A stretch of DNA of 64,000 nucleotides from Podarcis vaucheri. Taxonomy: Eukaryota. The stretch is taken from assembly GCA_965113315.1 (NCBI GenBank), contig OZ220379.1. One strand, 5' to 3'. The notes under the pieces were generated by a model that was not told the DNA's origin, made no database searches, and saw only the letters and a list, made by a program, of their open reading frames with translations. This document shows, one piece after another, positions 28,701 through 39,500 of the stretch (positions are counted from its first letter, which is position 1; every line of letters begins with the position of its first letter). The position numbers were made by a program, and so were the translations under genes.

Positions 28701-31700
28701 TAATGCAGCTTACAAGAATAAAAACCAATAAAGCAAAATTCACTGCAGAAACCAAAACATCATATCAGCAGATAAAGAGATAATATAAAACCAGCAGATA
28801 AAAGTCATTGAATATCTTGAATACCAATAAAAGTCCAAATGAACAGGATAGATGTTGTCTTGCACCTAAAGGATAATGGAGTTGGTCCCAGGCAAGCTCT
28901 GGGGAGAGGATTTTTTGCATGTCCCTACAGAAAATACCCTTTATCAAAGAGCTAGCTGCCTGACTTCAGAAAGCAGTACTGCCCAGAGAATGGCCGGTAG
29001 AGATTATATTAATTGACAGTAAGGTTAGGATTTTTGAAAACTGGTTTTCATCTAGTCTGACCTTTGGTCCAGCTACTTCAGTATGATGCTGACCAGCATG
29101 GGCTCTTCAGAGTTTTAAGACACGAATCTTTCCCAGCCTAGGGATGCTTGGGATTGAACTTTGGGACATTTAGCATGCAGGATGTGTGTTCTATCACAGC
29201 TACAATTCTTCCAATTCTACTTTGGAGAAGATACTTTTATAGAAAACATGGCCCTAGGCTAAAACCAGCAATGGTACTTCGTTTCTAAATTCTGTTTAAA
29301 GCCAGTAAAAATCTTGTAATACTTTGAGTGATGATCAGCAAATTTAGTCATTTTTATCTTTTTTTTAAAAAGAATTTTATGAGATACATGATCTGTGTCA
29401 TATGTATGTGCTCATATTAGTGTACGATTTATATTAAAATACCCAGATATAAACACATACAGCTACTACAGGAGACAGACTTCATTTGGCACACCCAAGA
29501 GTCCAGATACTATCCAAACTGATTTGTTCATGCTGATAGAACTATCTACTTAGCACTATGTCAAATATATCCCTTTAGATGCATTCCAGTCCCCTGCTTA
29601 TGTGCATAGAAAACAAGATTTGGTGCCTCCGTGCATAGAAATTATTCCCCAAAGCTCTAAATCACGAATGGACAATTTTGACGACAACAAAAAAAGTTGA
29701 AAGATAATTCTTGCTAAACTATTGTTTATATGTTTCTCTGCCCATGAGGCCTGGCAATTTGCTTTATTCTTCTTTAACATAAAGGAAGTTGGGATCCTGA
29801 ATTCCGATTTGATTCTGTGCTCCGTGCAAAAGAGCCTTGTGGACCCATGTAGTGCTGTAGAAATGCACCTTGGGGCCACAACCTCACTCTTTGTATAAAG
29901 ATCATTGCACAGAGCCTTCTCCTTCCCTCCCCAAAGGAAACTCCTGTGAGTAAACACATTTGCTGATGGCAGCATTTCCCAGTAACATTTCCCTGGGTCA
30001 AAGCACAAAGCAGTTTTGTCTCAGAATTTGCTACTGTGTACACATTTGCTTGCTGAAGTCTGACTTAGTAGCATATCAGAAGGAACTGGACTGCATCCTC
30101 TTCCTGTCTCTTCCCAGAGAGAAGGGTTGTTATTTTTTTCTTTCCTTTTTCCCTTTCCTTTTTTTTTTTTTTCTTCACTGTAGGATGGCAGTTGGATTGA
30201 AGAAAATCCTTTACTTTCTCCAGATTATTTTACAGGGGAAGCCAACCTACAGCTAGTAAGGTCATTGTTCCATCTAGCTCTGTACTGTCTGCAGTATCTC
30301 ATCAGGGGTTCAGGAAGGAATTTTTTTGAGCCTTGCCTAGAATGCAAGGGACTGAACCCAACACCTGCATTCAATGTATGTGCTTTGCCACTGAGCCACA
30401 ACCCATCCCTTCTACAGCTCCTCCTTCTGTAGAAAGCAGGTCATGTTTTAAATGCATGCACAAAGACATATGAAACTGTCATATACTCTCAGTCTGCCCA
30501 CCCAATACTGTCCAAGGTCTCAGGCAGAAGGTATGTTAGACCCTTCCTAAGACCCTTAGAAGTGGAAGCACCAGAGTTGAACCAGAAACCTTGTTCGTGT
30601 AAAGCATAGGCTCTTGCCATGGAACTATGGGCCATCCCTGTTGTAGCAGAGGCTATGAGTCTCTGAGGAACACTTACCTGAGATCAGAATCCACATACAA
30701 AGTCAGACAGTCCAGATGTTAGGAAATCCAGATGATCACAGAGCCAAGGGACAAGATCACTGGCAGCAGTAAGGTAGAGGGCCGGGAACCACAGGCATTA
30801 TTTCCAGCATCTGACAACAACAACAACAATTTATTTATGCATACATACATACATACATACATAACCCACCCATCTGGCTGGGTTTCCCCAGCCACTCTGG
30901 GCAGCTTCCAACAAAAGTTAAAAAATACATTAAAACTTCATTAAAAACTTCCCTAAACAGGGCTGCCTTCAGATGTCTTCTAAACGTCAGATAGTTGTCT
31001 ATTTCTTTGACATCTGATGGGAGGGCATTCCACAGGGCGGGCGCCACTGCCAAGAAGTCCGTCAGCCTGGTTCCCTGTAACCTCACTTCTCGCAATGAGG
31101 GAACTGCCAGAAGGCCCTCAGAGCTGGACCTCAGCGTCCAGGCAGAACGATGAGGGTGGATATGCTCCTTAAGGTGTACTGCTGCTGAGAGCTCTGTTTA
31201 AGAATCCTGGAGCGAGCTGGTTCTCATCCGTGCCTTCAGCTCTGTGACCTTGAAGGCTGAACAGGTGTGTGTGGAGTCTTTTCACCTTCTGCCCCTTCAG
31301 GCTGCTGTTCAACAGGCAAAGCTGACTCCTGGCCCGTGACAATCCCCATAAAGATATTCTTCGGTACATATATACTGCCTCTCCCTCAGTCATTTGGGAC
31401 TTCTCAGTTTAGGAAAAGGAAAAGTAAGAGGGGATATCATAGAATCATAGAATCATAGAGTTGGAAGAGACCACAAGGGCCATCGAATCCAACCCCCTGC
31501 CAAGCAGGGGGATATGATAGAGGTGTATAAGATTATCGATTATCGGTAGTGACCGTCCTGTGATAAGGTTGTACATGTGTTCTCTGTCCGGATTCCTGTG
31601 TGTCAGTGCACAGCTGCAAATAACAGCACTGGGTATACAGCCATTTGCCCTTAACAGTTCCTGGATCAATATGATTTCTTGAGCTTCGCTCATAAGAAAA

Positions 31701-33460
31701 TTTCACACGTTCCCCATCCTAAAACTGCACTTTGTTTCTTGCATATTGCATCTGCCTTCATCACACTCCAATAAATCTGTTCAAAGCAGTTAGGGAATCA
31801 GATACTAGCAAATCTATTTGGGGGTAAACTGTATTCACTAGAGCACTCCTTTGAAGAGGTAGCATGTATCAAACAACTCAGATACCTTGTAGGGAAAACA
31901 ATAGAATTAAAAAAAACAGCCAGTGAAAATAATAAACAACCCTATTCCAATCATGTACCCGTAGTTTCTAAAATCTTATTACAGTGGTACCTCGGGTTAA
32001 GAACAACATTCATTCCGGAGGTCTGTTCTTAACCTGAAACTGTTCTTAACCTGAGGTACCACTTTAGCTAATGGGGCCTCCCGCTGCTGCTGCACCTCCG
32101 CCATGCAATTTCTGTTCTCATCCTGAAGCAAAGTTCTTAACCTGAGGTACTATTTCTGAGTTAGCGGAGTCTGTAATCTGAAGCATCTGTAAACTGAAGC
32201 ATCTGTAACCCAAGGTACCACTGTACCCACTTCTGGGCCTATTTTTAAAACAACATTTCTTAAAAATAGAAAAGCCTGTAACACATTTTCAGGGGACGCG
32301 GGTGGCGCTGTGGGTTAAAGCCTCAGCGCCTAGGGCTTGCCGATCGTAAGGTCGGCGGTTCGAATCCCTGCGGCGGGGTGCGCTCCCGCTGCTCGGTCCC
32401 AGCGCCTGCCAACCTAGCAGTTCGAAAGCACCTCCGGGTGCAAGTAGATAAATAGGGACCGCTTACCAGCGGGAAGGTAAACGGCGTTCCGTGTGCTGCG
32501 CTGGCTCGCCAGATGCAGCTTTGTCACGCTGGCCACGTGACCCGGAAGTGTCTCCGGACAGCGTTGGCCCCCGGCCTATAGATGTGAGATGGGCGCACAA
32601 ACCCCAGAGTCTGTCAAGACTGGCCCGTTCGGGCAGGGGTACCTTTACCTTTACCTTTAACACATTTTCATCATTCCCTGCCACTCTCAGATTTTAGTTC
32701 ATCACAAATATATCTGAGCTATACACTGGTGCCTCGCAAGACGAAATTAATCCGTTCCGCGAGTCTCTTCGTCTTGCGGTTTTTTTGTCTTGCGAAGCAT
32801 GGCAATTAGCGGCTATTAACGGCTTAGCGGCTTTTAGAAGAAGGAAACAAACTCGCAAGAACTTGCAAGACGTTTTGTCTTGCGAAGCAAGCCCATAGGG
32901 AAATTCGTCTTGCGGAACGACTCAAAAAACGGAAAACTCTTTTGTCTTGCGCGTTTTTCGTCTTGCGAGGCATTCGTCTTGCGAGGTACCACTGTACCTA
33001 AGAAGTCAACTTCCTAAAGAGCAAGTGATGGCACCCCAGGGAGATACTAAGTGCAGTTGTAATAGCAACTTAGCACGATAGCCACTATTGCCGGCAACAA
33101 GCAGTTCAAATAAAAGGGGACCATGATTTTTGTTTGTTCAGCTTTTCCTGAATGCTTAGGGCTGGTAACAAAAATCACAATGCCTAATATAAGGCACCAA
33201 ATGCCCCTAAAGAAATTCCTTGGGCCATTTTTTATTTTTATTTTATTTTTTGCTTAAATCTGGATTAAGCTCTTATACAAAAATTACTCAAGGAGAAGAA
33301 CTGCTTGTCACTACTTCTCTATGCAATTTTTCAATCCAACACATGGTGGAGAGGTTAGAATCATGCTGCCATGCACCTCTGTTTTACAGCATGCTCACCT
33401 GATAACTGCACATTAGGCCCCATAGTTGCATAAAGGCATATACATAAAACCTTATTATTA

Positions 33461-33503
<43 letters not shown>

Positions 33504-36500
33504 TTATTTATACCCCGCTCATCTGGCTGAGTTTCCCCGGCCACTCTGGGCGGCTCCCAATCAAGTGTTAAAAACAATACAGCATTAAATATTAAAAACT
33601 TCCCTGAACAGGGCTGCCTTCAGAGAAGATAGCTGCTTATTTCCTTCACATCTGAAGGGAGGGCGTTCCACAGGGCAGGTGCCACTACTCAGAAGGCCCT
33701 CTGTCTGGTTCCCTGTAACCTCACTTCTCACAATGAGGGAACTGCCAGAAGGCCCTCGGCGCTGGATCTCAGTGTCCGGGCTGAACGATGGAGGTGGAAA
33801 CGCTCCTTCAGGTATACTGGGCCGAGGCCGTTTAGGGCTTTAAAGGTCAGCACCAACACTTTGAATTGTGCTCGGAAATGTACTGGGAGCCAATGCAGAT
33901 CTCTCAGGACCAGTGTTATGTGGTCCTGGCGGCCAGTCCCAGTCACCAGTCTAGCTGCTGCATTCTGGATTAATTGCAGTTTCCAGGTCACCTTCAAAGG
34001 TAGCCCCACATAGAGCTCATTGCAGTGTGACGTGTACACAGTTTTTCAGGCCTAGACACACCAGACTATGCCTCTAGGCCCCTTTGCAAACGCAGCCTTC
34101 AGTGTGGAGGAAATAAGAGGCCACACATAAGGACCCAGTTAATGTTCTGGAAGCATTTGATCAGTCAAGAGTTTTCAGGGCTGGGCAAGTGTGATCTATC
34201 ACATGAGTGGGAAAACCACTGGGAGCTCCCATCTAAGAGCTGGACGTAAGGGTAATAAATATGCCATCCAAATTGCAGATATCAAATAGACTCAAAGGCA
34301 GAGAGGGTCAGCATGACCTCAGTCTGTTACTAGACAATAAAACAAAAATATGCATGTTGAGATTGACCATGTTTATTTTAGCACATGCTTCAGCTTAAGA
34401 TACTATTGATGTGCTCGCCCCCACCCCAAATTATGAACAGAACCGTTGAGGGTCCTGTATATTATACCAGTCAATCCTTAGGAGCAGGTCACCTAGAGAC
34501 TTTACAACACTCTTCATAGTTTAAAACTAAAAAGGGCAGCAGGATCTTTTTGCATAGTTTTATGGACAAATGTAAGCTAAGAACAACAATGCTAATTCCT
34601 CTTTGCCAGTTTTTGTTGCAAATATGTCAACACTAGTCTTAGCGATACCACTACTTCATCACATAATGGATATTTGTATGTAAAACTTAAGGATGTACTT
34701 AAGAGCTTTCCTGGACTAAGGCCAAGGTGAACAAGGCAGGCAGGAGTCAGTTGTCTCATTGAATAAGTAAATGTACGATTCACTTCTCTCTGTGCTAGAA
34801 AATAATCTCCATTGTATGTCAGTAATGCTTCTTGGCTCTTTCTGTTTCAGACAGCCAACGTCTGCGGATGGACCTCCAGAAAATGGGCCTGCTGGAAGGC
34901 AAGATGGTTGATGAACTGACTTCTCTCAAAGAAAAAATAGAGCAAATGACCAAAGACCTGGAACTTTACAACAATCTGCCAGGTCTGAAAACAGCAGGAG
35001 AAGAAAAGAAAAAGGTAGTTAACAGTCAAAACATATTAATAATATTTGCTTGAGACCAAGTTATTGAAATATTCCAGCTGCATCTTGTTAAATGTTCTGT
35101 CTTGGTGTCCTTTACATACTCGTACATTGAGGCATGGTGGAGCTGCTTCCCAAAGGTGTTAAACAGCTTCTGGCTAGTCACATGATCCATCCCCCAGTCA
35201 GGTAGTTATGGTAGCTGCATACCTGCCACATCTGCATGGAAGAGTGTCGTGTGGACCAGTAGCTCCTGTGTGGCTTCTCATCAAAACTGAGTAAAAAAAT
35301 GCTTTGCTTTGCTTTTTGCTTTTTTTAGAGAAAATAAATGGCACCACTGTTTTAGATCTAAAACTGAACATAAATTATAAATACATCATAGAATCTTGGA
35401 AGGAAGTTGGAAGGAACCCCAAAGGTCATCTAGCTCAACCCTCTGCAATGCAGGAATCTCAGCTAAAGCATCCATAACAGATGACCCCCTACCCTCTGCT
35501 TAAAAACCTCCAAGGAAGGAGAGTCCACAGCCTCCCAAGGGAGACCATTCCACTGCCAAGCGGCTCTTGCTATCAGAAAGTTCTTCCTGATGTTTAGTCG
35601 GAATCTCCTTCCTTGTAACTTGAGGCCATGGGTTCGAGTCCTGCCCTCCAGAGCAGGAGAAAACAAGCTTGCTCCATCTTCCATGGGACAGACCTTGAGA
35701 TAAGTAACACATAACATTTCCTGTGGAACTACAAAGATTCAGAGGCACTTGAGTTGAGTTAATTTGGCATCCTTCTGCCTCGGGCGACAGTGGAAGAGAG
35801 CACCTTCAGGGGTAAGGTCAAACCATTTGGAGCGTTGTACTGCTGTTACGGGGACATGGGTGGCGCTGTGGGTTAAACCACAGAGCCTAGGGCTTGCCGA
35901 TCAAAAGGTTGGCGGTTCGAATCCCCGTGACGGGGTGAGCTCCCCTTGCTCGGTCCCTGCTCCTGCCAATCTAGCAGTTCAAAAGCACGTCAAAGTGCAA
36001 GTAGATCAATAGGTACCGCTCCGGCGGGAAGGTAAACGGCGTTTCCATGCGCTGCTCTGGTTCGCCACATGCTGGCCACATGACCTGGAAGCTGTACGCC
36101 GGCTCCCTCGGTCAATAAAGTGAGATGAGCGCCGCAGCCCCAGAGTTGGCCATGACTGGACCTAATGGTCAGGGGTCCCTTTACCCTTTACCTTTTTACT
36201 ACTGTTAGAGTAGAGGCCAATATGGGAGAAACGTGTTTTGGGGCAGATGAGGGCATCCAGTTGTTTTGCTGCTACAGATGCACCAGGGCATTTATTCTCT
36301 CTGCATTCCTCCCAGCAGTCATTCCTCCTCTGATCTTTCTGTGGCTACACAACCTGCCAGTCTCCAGGCACAGCAATCATCTGCAAGCGATTCCCATATG
36401 GCGGGGAATCGCTTGCCAGCCTTAATGTCACATTTGCAGGCATCTTTGTCTCTGAGTATCAGTTGCTGGGAAAACAAGCAGAAGAGTACTATGGTGCTAA

Positions 36501-39500
36501 TGTCTTGCTTGTGAGCTTCCTGTTGGCTTGAGGTTGGCTACTGTGAGAAGAAGAATGCTGGACTGGATAGGCCTTTGGGCTGATACAGCAGGGCTCTACA
36601 TATGTTCTTGGGCTTAGCATTTATTTTAGTTGTTCATTATCTGCAGAAAGTGCTTTCTTATCTGCATGCTTTCTATTGTCTTGAACAAAAGCTTTCAAGG
36701 GAAAGGTATAAGAAAGTAGCCAGAGTACAATATTATGCACAGAAAGAGGAAGTGTTTCACAGTTCAAAAAAAGAAAGCGTATTAAAGAGGGATGGAGAAA
36801 CTGTGGCTCTCTGGTCGATGTTAGGTACCAACTTCCATTAGCCTCAGCCAGCTTGGCAAATAGTCAGGAATGGTAAGAGTTGTAAACTAAGAACTTTGGG
36901 TGGCCAAATGATTTGTTATCAGTGATGTACGAGCCGTGGGTTTTCATTCGTAAAGAAATAGAAAGCCCTTGTGTTCTCAGACATATCTTCTATTTTCCCA
37001 TTTCAGAAAGATTAGCCAACTTGCAAACCAGTCACTACAGTCAACATAACACAGTCAAACAAATCAGTCCATGCATCTTTCACACGTGAACCGACCACAT
37101 ACTTTTTCCATGCCATCTGTCATATACACGATTATATGCTTTCATGGGAATGAGTGCCAGATGCTTAGATTCAAGCATAAATGCTTCCCCCCTCTCTGAA
37201 TTTTAGAAATAAGCTAGAGCACTTTTAAGATGAGTGCTTTTTAATGTTCCATTTTTTTCCCCTTACTCTTAAGAAACTACAAGAAGAGAAAGAAACACTA
37301 ACGAAGCGCAGGAATGCTTTCAAGAAAACCATGGAGCATCTGAATAGAGAATATGAAAGCTTGAAGTTGCAGCTGCAGGAGAATGAGACACATTCACAGG
37401 TACAGTTGAAAATGCCTCTTGCCTTTTGGTGTTGCCTTTTCTCCACCTTTTTGGAGTTTTGAAACTTTTGTATAATATGTCTATGCATACATAAATTGCT
37501 TTTTTACAGCCTCTTTAAATAACTTCAAAATCTTTAAAATGTGGAAAGACATAAGATCTCTTTCCAAGAAATGCTGCTTGCGGCAGGACTAAATTTGAAA
37601 AAAAGAAACACAGAACTCTTCCAGTTATGAACCAAAGAGCAATAATATTAATATTACAGTAGATACATAAAATGATATTAAAGTAATTGAGATGATTTTG
37701 GAGAAACTAGTTCATACTGAAGAAAAAAGTGTGAATGTGAATATGTACCAACCATGCCAAATCTCAGGCAAGTCTAATATTTCTATAATTCTCTGATGTT
37801 TGTACTCTTTCACTCCTGCCATTCTGTTAATGTCCCTGAGATTTTATTGTTGTGAAAAATGACAGGTTTGCTGGGGGAGGGAAACTGAGGGCAGAATTTG
37901 GCAGAATTAAGAATATTCAGCTCCCAAATAGTTGTGTTTTCTTTTTGCACATTCATGGTTGAACAGCTGAGTGTCAGTGATGCAATATATATAATAAGTG
38001 GGACCTGCAACAACTTTTTTGCACTGTGAAATGTTCCCTGTTTAGGATTCCATCCACTTCATCCCATTCTTCCCTAACACCAACACCTCCAACCAGCTTT
38101 TCCTCCCAGAGTTACTTTTGCAAACCTTGGGTTTCCTCTGATTCTGCAGATAACTCCCTTTTCTACATGAGTGTTAACTACTTTGGCTACATAAACAACC
38201 ACACTCAGAGACTGACGACAGGAAAGTAGAGGGAATGGTGGAAACCAAATGGGATTTCACGATACAATTTGTTAATTTGAAAGGCTCAGCTGTATTTATG
38301 CTGAGTGTGGCACACAAGTCACCCTGTAAAATGTATTGAAGCTTTCCTTTGTCACCTGTTGTATCCCAAAATCTACTCGCCATCAGAGGCTCAATAAAGT
38401 GCATTGAGCTCTTTTTCTGAGCAGAAATTGTGATGGGCAATTGCTGGTTTGGAAGGTGTACCAAATAGCACTACACTCACATACTAAATGTTAGCTTCCA
38501 CACAGCTATTCTGAAATATTCATTGCAAATAGCTTGCATGTCTTGATGGCACAAACTTTGAATAGTAGCACCAGCCAAACAAATCAATGCTCTACAAATT
38601 GCATTGTTAGGAAGCAGCCATCAATATAATAGCCATATTACCTTCCTGTTGATGCTTAAAGTGTTGTCGGAGTCCCAACATTTAGCCTGCAGTCTTACAA
38701 TCTTCTCAACGCAGTCCTGCTCTTATCATAGCTTTTGGCATCAGACAGGAAATTTAGCTATGGAAATGAGGAAGTTTCTTCTGTGCAGTTCAGGGCCCAA
38801 TATAGTTTCAAGATACGTTGCATGATAAGCTTTACATAGTCTGAAAACAGTTGTTAACCAAAAAGAAACACAGATAATGAGAGTTCAGTGTCATGCATAA
38901 ATCATAGTCTCCACACTCTAATAAAAGACAATATTCTCATGGCTTGCATGGATTGCAAACCATCTTTTCGATGCAGTGTAATTACAAACTGCATGTGGTT
39001 TGCTGGAATCCTTATCAGTTCTTGTAATTTCTCTACAGCTCTGATTAAGCATATGAAAATCGGTGAGACTTAACTGATTTAGTAAGGCTACTGACACAGA
39101 CATGCTTACTAGAGAGTAAGCCCCAGTGAACCTAGTAGAACTTCTAAATAGCTATGTATAGGTTTGTGCATGTTATCTGAATTGTGCTTGATCTTATATA
39201 CTTGATAGAATGCTTTGGGTGGAAGGGCAGAATATACATTTAATAATCAATAAATTAAGTAAATTAAGGGGGGTTGGTTGCTACGCAAGTGGCTATTTTT
39301 TGCTATCATTTTTTTTCATTTTGTAATTGCAGCTTACAAATTTGGAAAGGAAATGGCAACACCATGAACAAAATAATTTTGTCATGAAAGAATGTATCCT
39401 TTTTAAAAAAGAGAGAGAGAAGATGCTGGAAATAATCATGGTAAATAAGAACATAAGCAGGTGCTTAAGTCTCTTAAATCAGTAGGGCTTGCTTAACATT

